A stretch of DNA of 24,000 nt. Origin: Euzebya sp. (GTDB taxonomy: Bacteria; Actinomycetota; Nitriliruptoria; Euzebyales; Euzebyaceae). Position numbers and translations under genes: made by a program. The notes under the pieces were generated by a model. That model worked only from the letters and a program-made list of their open reading frames with translations, was not told where the DNA came from and did no database searches. The stretch is taken from NCBI RefSeq assembly GCF_964222135.1, contig NZ_CAXQBR010000030.1, forward strand, positions 29,460 to 53,459, in the 5' to 3' direction. This document shows, one piece after another, positions 14,344 to 22,620 of this stretch (the stretch's first letter is position 1; each line of letters opens with the position of its first letter).

Positions 14344-14826
14344 ATGGATGGGATGGATGCAGCGGCCTGGATAGGTGCCGCAAGCATCGCCGGCGCCCTG
14401 ATCGGGGCCTTCGGTACGACGTGGGCACAGAACCGTGCTGCCCAACGGCAACGTCGCCGCGACGTGCGGCTGGACGCATATGCCACCTACATCTCCATGA
14501 TCGGCGAATCAGCGGGGGCGGCTGCCCGATCCGCCGCGCGGCTCTCGGGCGTGAGTCTGAACGGGAAGCAAGACCCGGCCCTAGTTCACGCTCTCGCTCG
14601 ACTGCGGCTCGTCGCCTCCGACAAAGTCGCAGACGCAGCGAGTGAGTTCGGCGCGACAGCCATCCGCTACTTCGACAGGGCCAAGCCTGTCGGCGAGGAA
14701 GGCATGGCTCTCGAACACATCGAGATGCTCGAGAAGGAGCAGGCGCGCGACCTCGAGCTGATCCAGGCGGAGCTCAAGACCGCGATGGGGGCGCTGCTGC
14801 GGGCGATGCGGGACGACGTCCGATGA
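14344..14826 (+). CDS. Membrane-anchored hypothetical protein (single N-terminal TM helix plus helical domain), moron candidate
   Basis: AAAWIGAASIAGALIGAFGTTW is a hydrophobic helix followed by RAAQRQRRRD (positive-inside). By my hand count 36 of 160 codons end in A/T (including ATA, CTA, AAA), against 26 of 478 in the portal gene. The start could also be ATG 14353. Confidence 0.7.
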   Translation: MDGMDAAAWIGAASIAGALIGAFGTTWAQNRAAQRQRRRDVRLDAYATYISMIGESAGAAARSAARLSGVSLNGKQDPALVHALARLRLVASDKVADAASEFGATAIRYFDRAKPVGEEGMALEHIEMLEKEQARDLELIQAELKTAMGALLRAMRDDVR

Positions 14827-14841
14827 ACGATCGAGGTAGGC

Positions 14842-15414
14842 ATGCGCCGGTGCACCGTCACCACCGCGGACGGGGGCCGGTGCCAGGACGAGCACAAGGC
14901 ACGCGGCCTCTGCCTCCGCCACTACGCCCAGTCCGACCGCCGACGCCGCAAGGCCGACGCGACCAAGGACGACTGGGACTGGCGCGCCGGCGTCCCCGAC
15001 CACCAGCCGCCGGCCGCTCCCGGCTCAGATTTTACTGAGACGGCCAGGTGTGATGCGGAGTCAGTCGCCGCTGCATCTCCCCCCGGTCGCAGTCCGGGTT
15101 ACGCGCCGCCCGACGACCCCTCGACACCCCCGCCCAATGTTACGGAGGGTGACGGCGGGCCGGTGTCCCGGTCGGTGGCGGCGGTGATCGCTCGGATCCC
15201 CGCGGACAAGCGGCAGGACCCGACTCCGGTCCTCGCCCGGGCGCTCGCTCGGCTGATGGACGAGAACCCGACTTCCGCTACGTCCCGTGAGCTTCGCGCC
15301 GTCATGAAGGAGGTTACGGCGATGGCTGCGGTCCAGGAGGTCAGCGCCCTTGGCCGCATCCGCGACGAGCTCGCCGCCCGCCGTGCTGCGCGGGCATCAG
15401 AGGCCTCGGCTTAG
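14842..15414 (+). CDS. terS: Putative terminase small subunit with an N-terminal Cys/His knuckle
   Basis: The call rests mainly on position (immediately upstream of, and overlapping, terL). RBS GAGGTAGG. N-terminus: RRCTVTTADGGRCQDEHKARGLCLRHYAQSDRRRRK. The C-terminus is helical: LARALARLMDE...ELRAVMKEV. The middle of the gene has atypical codon usage. Confidence 0.45.
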   Translation: MRRCTVTTADGGRCQDEHKARGLCLRHYAQSDRRRRKADATKDDWDWRAGVPDHQPPAAPGSDFTETARCDAESVAAASPPGRSPGYAPPDDPSTPPPNVTEGDGGPVSRSVAAVIARIPADKRQDPTPVLARALARLMDENPTSATSRELRAVMKEVTAMAAVQEVSALGRIRDELAARRAARASEASA

Positions 15415-16963
15415 CTACATCCCGCCGGGCTGCACCGAGAACTCCGATCTCGGCGAGGCCGCCGTCGCGCTGGCAGCCGAGGCCGGCCTGCAGCTGGACG
15501 ACTGGCAGGCGTGGGTCCTCAAGCTGTCGCTGTCCGAGGACGACGAGCTCCGCTGGATCGCCGGGCAGATCCTGCTCGTCGTCTCCCGGCAGAACGGCAA
15601 GGGCGGCATCCTCGAGGCCCGCGAGCTCGCGGGGTTGTTCCTGCTCGACGAGCAGAAGCTGATCCACACCGCCCACGAGCTGAAGACCGCTACCCGCCAC
15701 CGCCGTCGGCTCGAGAAGCTGATCAAGCAGACGCCGGACCTGAACGCGCTGGTGAAGCGGTACAACCACTCCCACGGCCAGGAGTCCATCGAGCTGCACG
15801 CCGAGGACTGCCCCACCGTCGGCCCGGGGATCTGTGCCTGCGCTGACGGGAAGATCATCGAGTTCATCGCCCGGTCAAAGTTGTCGGGCCGCGGGTTCGA
15901 CGGCGACCTGGTCGTCCTCGACGAGTGCATGGTCCTCTCCGACGACGTCATGGACGCGCTGGCGCCGGTCATGTCGTCGAAGCCCAACCCGCAGATCTGG
16001 TTCACCGGCTCGGCCGCGGACGACACCGCCGCGGCGCGGACGATGCGGAACCTGCGTGAGGTCGGAATCGCCGAGTCGAAGCGGCTCACCGAGTGGCTGG
16101 CCGCCCAGGGGACCGTCACGACGGAGAAGTGGCGCGGCACGCGACTGCTGTACCTCGAATGGTCCGTCCCCAGCGACGCGGACAAGGACGACCGGGCGAA
16201 CTGGGCGATCGCCAACCCGGCGCTCGGGATCCGCATGCGGGTCGAGACCATCGAGGACGAGCGGACGCTTCTGCTGTCCGATGAGGGCTTCGGCAGGGAG
16301 CGGCTCGGCATGTGGGGAGAGAGCTCGGGTGAGGCGGTCATCCCGATGGGGATCTGGACGGCACGCACCGAGCACGACCCGCTGTTCGTCGCCTCCCCAC
16401 CGTTCGCCTTCGCCGTCGAGGTCGACTCCGCCGGCACCCGCGCCTCCCTGGCAGCCGCGTCACGGCGTCCCGATGGGCTGTGGCACGTCGAGCTGATCAG
16501 GGCCGAGCCGCACACCGACTGGATCGTCGAGGCCTGCCAGACCCTCCAGCGGCGTCACCGTGGCGCCCCGATCGTCGTCCGCACCGCCTCCGGTGCGGCG
16601 CCGACCGTGCGGGCGTTGAAGGCTGCCGGTGTCGACGTGACGCCGGCGACGACGCGGGATGAGGAGCAGGCGTGCGCGCGGTTCGCCGCCGCGGTGGCTG
16701 ACGACGAGCTGCGGCACCTGGACGACCCGATCCTCGCGGCCGCGGTGGTGGCAGGCCGCAAGCAGGACCGGGACGACGAGGCGTGGATCTGGGACCGCGA
16801 CGACGTCGAGACCGACATCACCCCGCTGAAGGCGGTCACGATGGCGCTACACGGCCTCCAGCAGCACCTCCTCGCCGGCACCCGGACCCGCACGCACGTG
16901 CCGACCAACCCGGACGACTTCGTCGACCACACGACGACGTCCCCGATGCACCTGAGGTGGTGA
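15350..16963 (+). CDS. terL: Terminase large subunit
   Basis: Walker A-like VVSRQNGKGGILEA, Walker B DLVVLDECMVL, and a C-terminal nuclease-type region. TTG 15350 is preceded by AGGAGG (15335-15340). The only in-frame alternative before the ATPase motifs is GTG 15383, so an overlap with the upstream gene is unavoidable. Confidence 0.9.
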   Translation: MAASATSSPPAVLRGHQRPRLSYIPPGCTENSDLGEAAVALAAEAGLQLDDWQAWVLKLSLSEDDELRWIAGQILLVVSRQNGKGGILEARELAGLFLLDEQKLIHTAHELKTATRHRRRLEKLIKQTPDLNALVKRYNHSHGQESIELHAEDCPTVGPGICACADGKIIEFIARSKLSGRGFDGDLVVLDECMVLSDDVMDALAPVMSSKPNPQIWFTGSAADDTAAARTMRNLREVGIAESKRLTEWLAAQGTVTTEKWRGTRLLYLEWSVPSDADKDDRANWAIANPALGIRMRVETIEDERTLLLSDEGFGRERLGMWGESSGEAVIPMGIWTARTEHDPLFVASPPFAFAVEVDSAGTRASLAAASRRPDGLWHVELIRAEPHTDWIVEACQTLQRRHRGAPIVVRTASGAAPTVRALKAAGVDVTPATTRDEEQACARFAAAVADDELRHLDDPILAAAVVAGRKQDRDDEAWIWDRDDVETDITPLKAVTMALHGLQQHLLAGTRTRTHVPTNPDDFVDHTTTSPMHLRW

Positions 16964-16966
16964 CCG

Positions 16967-18403
16967 ATGCCGGCAGTGTCCACCGTCCCCACCAGCGAGA
17001 TCGGCAGCTCTGGGGTCGAGTCGAACCGGACCGGCTACGTCTACCAGTCGTCCCTGCACCGCGAGGACGTCGCGCTCCTTCGCTGGCCGTACTCGACCCG
17101 GACCTACGACCGGATCCGCCGCACCGACTCGAAGGTCGCCAGCTCGATCCGGTCGATGATGCTCCCGATCATCTCCGCGGAGTGGCACATCGACCCTCGT
17201 GGCGCCCGCCCGGAGGTCGTCGAGCGGGTGGCGGACAACCTGAACCTGCCGATCCTCGGCCAGGAGGACCGCAAGCCGGCCCGCTCCCGCGACCGGTTCG
17301 ACTGGCCGTTCCACCTCCGCCACGCCCTCCTGTCCCGCGTGTGGGGGTTCACCGCCTTCGAGCAGGTCTACCGGGTCGACGACGACGGCTTCGCGCAGAT
17401 CCGCAAGCTGGCCGTCCGGATGCCCCACACGATCGACGACCTGGTCGTCGCCGACGACGGCGGCCTCATCGGCATCCGCCAGAAGCCCACCGGAGCCGCG
17501 CCGCGCGGCCCGTTCATCCCGATCGACCGTGCCGTCGTCTACACCTTCGACCGGGAGGGGTACGACTGGCGGGGCAACTCGATCCTGCGGCCCATCTACC
17601 GCGAGTTCCTGCTGAAGGACCACGCCCACCGCGTCGGCGCGATCCACGTCGAGCGGAACGGCGCAGGCGTCGTCATCGTCAACGACGACCCGGACGCCGA
17701 GGACCCGCAGGCTGAGGCGGACGCCAACCAGAAGCTGGCCTCGAGCGTCCGGGCCGGCTCGAACGCCGGCGGCCGCCTGTCAGCCGGCGCCAAGGCGCAG
17801 ATCCACGGGGTGACCGGAGAGACCCCCGACATCATCGCGTTCATCCGGATGTACGACGAGGCGATCGCCCAGAACGTCCTCGACAACTTCAGCTCGCTGC
17901 CGTCGGCACCCAACGGGTCGCGGGCGCTCGGCACGTCGATGATCGACTTCTTCGTCCGCGGGCTGAACGCCCACGCGAAGGACATCGCGACGGTCTGCAC
18001 CGGCCACGTCGTCGAGGACCTCGTCGACCTCAACTGGGGACCCGACGAGCCTGCCCCCGCGGTCGTGTGCGGCGAGATCGGCGCCGACCAGCAGCCCACC
18101 GCCGCCGCGCTGAAGATGCTCGTCGACGCCGGCGTCATCACCCCGGACGCCGAGCTGGAGGCGTGGCAGCGCCGCTACTACGGCGCACCCACCAAGGCCG
18201 ACGGGACCGCCGACGAGCCTGGCGCCGCCGACGGTCCCGTCTCACCGGAGGAAGACCGCGACGGGGCGCCCAGGTCACTGACCGCCGCAGAGGTGGCACA
18301 GAAGGTCTACCTGGCCGTCCGCGAGGACGTGGTCACCCGCGGGGAGGCCCGCCGGATGATTGCCGAGGCAGGCGCCCGCCTCGATGGAGAGGACGACGAG
18401 TGA
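16967..18403 (+). CDS. Portal protein
   Basis: 478 aa, directly after terL. The N-terminal region, YDRIRRTDSKVASSIRSMMLPIISAEWHIDP, resembles the DUF935/Mu gp29-type portal opening. The C-terminus is acidic. Confidence 0.8.
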   Translation: MPAVSTVPTSEIGSSGVESNRTGYVYQSSLHREDVALLRWPYSTRTYDRIRRTDSKVASSIRSMMLPIISAEWHIDPRGARPEVVERVADNLNLPILGQEDRKPARSRDRFDWPFHLRHALLSRVWGFTAFEQVYRVDDDGFAQIRKLAVRMPHTIDDLVVADDGGLIGIRQKPTGAAPRGPFIPIDRAVVYTFDREGYDWRGNSILRPIYREFLLKDHAHRVGAIHVERNGAGVVIVNDDPDAEDPQAEADANQKLASSVRAGSNAGGRLSAGAKAQIHGVTGETPDIIAFIRMYDEAIAQNVLDNFSSLPSAPNGSRALGTSMIDFFVRGLNAHAKDIATVCTGHVVEDLVDLNWGPDEPAPAVVCGEIGADQQPTAAALKMLVDAGVITPDAELEAWQRRYYGAPTKADGTADEPGAADGPVSPEEDRDGAPRSLTAAEVAQKVYLAVREDVVTRGEARRMIAEAGARLDGEDDE

Positions 18404-19671
18404 ACCGCCACCACGCGATGTACGCCGCGATCGATCGGCGCACGATCCTCAGCCGACTCGACCAGATCGCCGGCACCGGACGCTGGTACACGATCCAGAA
18501 CGCGGCCGGCGACAACGGCCGGGCGACGATCCGGATCTTCGACGAGATCGGCTACTGGGGCGTCACCGAGGAGGACTTCGCCCGCGACCTCGAGCAGATC
18601 GACGCCGACGAGATCGAGGTGCAGATCTCCTCGCCCGGCGGTGAGGTGTACGCCGGCATCGCGATCTACAACCAGCTGCGCGCCCACCGGGCCCGCATCA
18701 TCACCCGCGTCGACGGGATGGCCGCCTCCGCGGCGTCGGTGATCGTCCAGGCTGGCGACGAGCGGCTGATGATGTCGTCGGCGCAGATGATGATCCACGA
18801 GGCCTGGGGCCTCTGTGTGGGTCCGGCCGGCGACATGCGTGACTTCGCGGAGCTGCTCGACAAGCAGTCCGACATCATCGCCGGCATCTACGCGGCCCGG
18901 TCGGGCCGTGACGTCGCGGAGTTCCGCGACCTGATGCGCACCGACACGTACCTGACCGACACCGAGGCCGTCGACCTGGGGTTGGCCGACTCGGTCTACG
19001 AGCCGCCCAGCAAGGCCGTCGCGGCCGCCACCGCGGCCGCGGCCGCGCAGGCACGCCGCCAGATGGCGAACGCCACCCGGACCCCCCTGAACACCCGCAC
19101 GACCGGCCCGCAGGGCCAGGAGGACAGCATGGATCTGAACGAGATCCGCGAGGCCCTGGGCCTGGCGGCCGACACCCCCGACGACGAGGTCATCGCCCTC
19201 GCGGCCGAGCGGCTCGCCACCCCGCCCACCGGCGACCCGAAGCCGACCGACGATGGCGATCCGGTGGCACAGGTTCCCCCGCCGCCCTCCGGCCCCCCTG
19301 CGCCTGCCGAGCCGACCCTGCCGGACGGCCTGATCGCGGTCTCCGCCGCCCGGTTCCAGGAGATGCAGGAGCAGATCGCCGAGCTGGCCGCCGACAACGA
19401 GAAGCGGTCCGTCGCGGAGGCCAAGTCCCACCGGGACGGGCTGATCAAGGCTGCGCTGCGCGACGGGAAGATCGCCAAGTCCGAAGAGAAGAGCTGGCGG
19501 GACCAGCTCGACGAGGCGCCCGAGGCCGTCGAGGCGCTCCTCAACTCGATGCCGGCTAGCCGCCGCGTCCCCGTCGGCGAGCTCGGCTACGCCGGCGGCG
19601 ACGCCGACACGGTGACCGACGAGGACGCCAAGTACGCCAGCTTGACCGCCGACGCCCCCACGTACAGCTGA
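18400..19671 (+). CDS. ClpP-type (S14) prohead protease fused to a scaffold domain
   Basis: GTG 18400 (GTGA overlap with the portal stop; ATG 18418 is an alternative) is in frame with track ORF 18067..19671. ISSPGGEVYAGIAIYN...VDGMAASAASVIVQAG...MMIHEAWG carries the ClpP Ser and His motifs. The C-terminal 180 aa are helical and scaffold-like (GLIKAALRDGKIAKSEEKSWRDQL). Confidence 0.85.
   Translation: MNRHHAMYAAIDRRTILSRLDQIAGTGRWYTIQNAAGDNGRATIRIFDEIGYWGVTEEDFARDLEQIDADEIEVQISSPGGEVYAGIAIYNQLRAHRARIITRVDGMAASAASVIVQAGDERLMMSSAQMMIHEAWGLCVGPAGDMRDFAELLDKQSDIIAGIYAARSGRDVAEFRDLMRTDTYLTDTEAVDLGLADSVYEPPSKAVAAATAAAAAQARRQMANATRTPLNTRTTGPQGQEDSMDLNEIREALGLAADTPDDEVIALAAERLATPPTGDPKPTDDGDPVAQVPPPPSGPPAPAEPTLPDGLIAVSAARFQEMQEQIAELAADNEKRSVAEAKSHRDGLIKAALRDGKIAKSEEKSWRDQLDEAPEAVEALLNSMPASRRVPVGELGYAGGDADTVTDEDAKYASLTADAPTYS
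19129..19671 (+). CDS. Probable nested in-frame scaffold protein (internal start within the protease gene)
   Basis: AGGAGGA (19118-19124) lies 4 nt upstream of the in-frame ATG 19129 (MDLNEIREALGL...). The arrangement is analogous to lambda C/Nu3 and Mu I/Z. Confidence 0.5.
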   Translation: MDLNEIREALGLAADTPDDEVIALAAERLATPPTGDPKPTDDGDPVAQVPPPPSGPPAPAEPTLPDGLIAVSAARFQEMQEQIAELAADNEKRSVAEAKSHRDGLIKAALRDGKIAKSEEKSWRDQLDEAPEAVEALLNSMPASRRVPVGELGYAGGDADTVTDEDAKYASLTADAPTYS

Positions 19672-19732
19672 CCGGCTGACGCACCTTCGACCCCTGCACC
19701 CCTGACCTCTCGCGCGCTGAGGAGACCCTGTC

Positions 19733-20140
19733 ATGTCTGACCACCTGCCCAAGTACTCCGCGGGGTCCGTCACCCGCACCGCCTCGGCCGCCATCACCGG
19801 CGGCCAGCTGGTCACTGTCACCGGTGACCTGACCGTCGGCCCGGCCGGCGCCGGCGACGTCGTGGTCGGCGTGGCCGACCGCGATGCCGCCACCGACGAG
19901 CTGGTCACCGTCACCACCATCGGCGTCACCCACGTGCTGACCGCCGCTGCGGCCGTCGACGCCGGCGACCTGCTGATGGCTGCCGCCGACGGTGAGGTCA
20001 CCCCCGTCGCCGCCGCCGCCGCGACCGGTTCGGCCACCGCGCAGACCGCCACCGACATCGAGAACGCGAAGGTCGTCATCGGCGTCGCCTGGCAGGACAT
20101 CGCCCAGGACGAGACCGGCGAGTGCCTGCTGCGCGTCTGA
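19733..20140 (+). CDS. DUF2190-family head decoration / capsid cement protein
   Basis: 135 aa, Gly/Ala/Val/Thr-rich beta protein (GGQLVTVTGDLTVGPAGAGDVVVGVA...AGDLLMAAADGEV...VIGVAWQD). It lies between the protease-scaffold and major capsid genes. RBS GAGGAGA. Confidence 0.7.
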   Translation: MSDHLPKYSAGSVTRTASAAITGGQLVTVTGDLTVGPAGAGDVVVGVADRDAATDELVTVTTIGVTHVLTAAAAVDAGDLLMAAADGEVTPVAAAAATGSATAQTATDIENAKVVIGVAWQDIAQDETGECLLRV

Positions 20141-20188
20141 CCCCATCCCACGCACCGACCCCCCGCTGATCTGAGAGGACCCCTCACC

Positions 20189-21229
20189 ATGAAGAACCTG
20201 GCCGTGCGTGCCCTGACGCGCCTGCTCGCCCCCTTCCTGATGCCGGTCGCGTTGGCCCGCGGCCTGGTGTCGCTGCTCAACCTGGACGTCACCTACCCGC
20301 CGCGTCCCGGCACCATCGACGAGGACGGGGTCGCGCACATCTCGGAGTTCCTGAAGGACCCCGCGATGATCGCCCGCCGCATGCGCGACATCGCCGACAA
20401 GATCTTCGTCGGAGACAAGATCCTCCGCGGCCGCGCCTCCACCGCGTCCGGGACGGTGTCCTACGGCCAGTCCGAGAGCATCTACGCCGACGCCGCCCCC
20501 GAGGTCGTCGCCCCAGGCGGCGTCTACCCGACCACCGTGATCGCCGCCGTCGCGCGGATCTGGGAGTCGATGAAGAAGGTCGGCCTCGCCACCGAGATCA
20601 CCCTCGAGTCCGTCGAGGAGCTCCGCTGGGACCCCGTCGACCGGGCCATCCGGAAGCTGAAGAACCGGCAGATCCAGGCGTTCGACCTGCGGGTCATCGC
20701 CAAGATCGTCGCCGCGTTCCCGCTCATCCCCACCGTCACCGGGTCCGACTGGGGGTCGGCGACGACCGCCGCGCCGGTGAAGCACGTCCTCCAGGCCATC
20801 GCCGACATCCGCGACCTGCAGGAGGGCTACGACCCCGACACGCTGCTGCTCGACCACGACAAGTTCGTCGAGTGGGTCGCCAACCCGCAGATCATGGCGC
20901 TGCTCGCCCGCTACGCCGGCGGCGACGCCGACTTCACCGTGTCGGAGAACAGCATCTTCCTGCCCGGCGCGAACCTGACGATCCTGTCCCAGCCGACCGG
21001 GACCGGCATCACCGACCCGCTGGTGTTCGACTCCACCCAGCTCGGCTCCATCGTCCGCAAGGAGTCCGACCCCGCCGAGGACGACGGCGTGAAGATCTCC
21101 TCGAAGTACTTCGACGAGAACGAGGTCTCCCCGGGCGGCAAGTCCGAGGCATGGCGGCTCACCACCAAGCGTGAGCGCGAGCCGATCGTGCAGGAGCCGC
21201 AGGCCGCCGTCCGGATCACGGGCACCTGA
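20189..21229 (+). CDS. Major capsid protein
   Basis: 346 aa, following the scaffold and decoration genes. RBS GAGAGGA. Size and position match lambda gpE-like / HK97-fold capsid genes; the fold is not verifiable by eye. Confidence 0.75.
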   Translation: MKNLAVRALTRLLAPFLMPVALARGLVSLLNLDVTYPPRPGTIDEDGVAHISEFLKDPAMIARRMRDIADKIFVGDKILRGRASTASGTVSYGQSESIYADAAPEVVAPGGVYPTTVIAAVARIWESMKKVGLATEITLESVEELRWDPVDRAIRKLKNRQIQAFDLRVIAKIVAAFPLIPTVTGSDWGSATTAAPVKHVLQAIADIRDLQEGYDPDTLLLDHDKFVEWVANPQIMALLARYAGGDADFTVSENSIFLPGANLTILSQPTGTGITDPLVFDSTQLGSIVRKESDPAEDDGVKISSKYFDENEVSPGGKSEAWRLTTKREREPIVQEPQAAVRITGT

Positions 21230-21270
21230 GCCGGTCCGCGCACCGTCCACCACGAGGTGAGGAGGCCGTC

Positions 21271-21762
21271 ATGGCCAAGGAGAAGAAGGTCACCGGCGTC
21301 CGGTCTGCGTTCGTGCGGGTCGGCTCCGGCGCCAACGTCCGCGAGGTCGTCGTCCACCACGGCGAGCCGCTGCCCGACGGCGTCACCGCTGACGAGCTGA
21401 AGCGGCTCGGCGAGCTGGGCGTGTTCGGCCCGACACCGCGGCACCTGCTGCCGGTCAACGAGCGGCCCCGGCTGGTGTCGGTCCCCGGCACGGCGAAGCT
21501 CGTACCGGCCGACAGCGTCGACGTCGGGAAGATCGAGGCGCGCGCCGTCGAGGCCGAGGAGGCCGCGGAGACGCTGAAGGCGGACCTGGCCGAGGCGAAC
21601 GAGAAGCTCCTCGTCGCCGCCCGGCTCGCCCCGGTCGTCGCGCAGGACCTCGAGAAGGTGCAGGAGCACCTGAAGGCCCACCCGGAGGACCGCGAGGCGA
21701 TCCTGTTCCTCGAGGCCCACGGCCAGAAGCGCAAGGGCATCCTCGGCGAGACCGGGAGCTGA
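21271..21762 (+). CDS. Hypothetical head-region protein with a coiled-coil C-terminus
   Basis: Strong RBS GAGGTGAGGAGG. 163 aa. EAEEAAETLKADLAEANEKLL is a heptad-like stretch. Confidence 0.7.
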   Translation: MAKEKKVTGVRSAFVRVGSGANVREVVVHHGEPLPDGVTADELKRLGELGVFGPTPRHLLPVNERPRLVSVPGTAKLVPADSVDVGKIEARAVEAEEAAETLKADLAEANEKLLVAARLAPVVAQDLEKVQEHLKAHPEDREAILFLEAHGQKRKGILGETGS

Positions 21763-21766
21763 CGAG

Positions 21767-22189
21767 ATGGCTGAGCTGCCGCCGTGGGCCCCCGCGACCA
21801 CGGCGGTGGCTCACCACTTGCGCTCGTACACCAAGGACGAGCACGGCCGCACGACCGACGACTTCACCGCGACGACGACGATCCGGAAGGCCGAGGCCGA
21901 CCAGGCGGTCCTCGAGATCTCCGGTGAGGTGTCCGCCGCCGTCGGCGAGCTCGCCGTCGTCCTCGAACCGCTCGCTGCGTCGGTCACCGCGCTCGGCGCG
22001 GCCGCCCAGGCTGTCGTCGACCTCGACGGCGAGCTGTCGGCCCGGCTGCGTGGCTGGTACGAGGACGGCCTCGCCCGCCTGAAGGTCGCTGCCCGCGACG
22101 AGCGGGACGGCACCCTCGACGGTCGCGCGCGTCGCCCCGCCACCTGGGAGGGCCCCGACGCCTGGGACCAGTCCCGGCGGGCCTACTGA
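21767..22189 (+). CDS. Putative head-tail connector / adaptor
   Basis: 140 aa. The call is from position only (after the capsid gene, before the morphogenesis protein). Confidence 0.4.
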   Translation: MAELPPWAPATTAVAHHLRSYTKDEHGRTTDDFTATTTIRKAEADQAVLEISGEVSAAVGELAVVLEPLAASVTALGAAAQAVVDLDGELSARLRGWYEDGLARLKVAARDERDGTLDGRARRPATWEGPDAWDQSRRAY

Positions 22190-22620
22190 TGTACGGCGTC
22201 CGCATCGACGGCGCCGACCGGCTCGCCGGCCAGCTGGACGACATGGCCGATCAGGTCACCGAGCTGCGGCCGGTGCTGCTCGACGTCGTCGACCGGCTGC
22301 GTGAGCTGATCGTCGACCACGTCGAGTCCGGCGGGTCCGGCACCTGGCCGCCGCTGGACCCCGAGACGATCATCCGCAAGGCCCGGGAGGGCCACTCCAC
22401 CCGGCCCGGCCAGCGGACCGGTGCGCTGCTCGACTCCCTCGCCGGCGACAGCCCTGCCAGCGTGGAGCACGTCGACGACGACTCCGCCGAGGCCGGCACC
22501 GCCATCGACTACGCCCGGTTCGTCAACGCGGTCCGGCCGCTCATCCCCGACCTGGACGGCGGCGACGTCGACGAGCTCGCCGAGCTGATCCTCGAGCGGC
22601 TGATGGAGGCCCTGTCGTGA
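22189..22620 (+). CDS. Virion morphogenesis / tail completion protein (Mu gpG / P2 gpS-like)
   Basis: TWPPLDPETIIRKAREGHSTRPGQRTGALLDSLAG...AGTAIDYARFVN matches the W-x-PL...T...K...tG-x-L-x-S...YA pattern of that family. Confidence 0.55.
   Translation: MYGVRIDGADRLAGQLDDMADQVTELRPVLLDVVDRLRELIVDHVESGGSGTWPPLDPETIIRKAREGHSTRPGQRTGALLDSLAGDSPASVEHVDDDSAEAGTAIDYARFVNAVRPLIPDLDGGDVDELAELILERLMEALS

Noticed and set aside
18067-18399. Arg-rich N-terminal extension of track ORF 18067..19671.
   Set aside because: It lies entirely inside the portal gene in another frame. The protease similarity begins after GTG 18400 / ATG 18418.
18307-20292. 661-aa minus-strand ORF. The other long minus-strand ORFs are in the same category: 19556..21253, 3921..5246, 12133..13356, 10727..11875, 15415..16515, 1764..2762, 20911..21801 and 9194..9997.
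   Set aside because: These are antisense shadows of well-supported + strand genes in very GC-rich DNA. Their translations are Arg/Gly/Pro/Val-rich low-complexity strings without motifs, and they lack start-stop coupling or RBSs.
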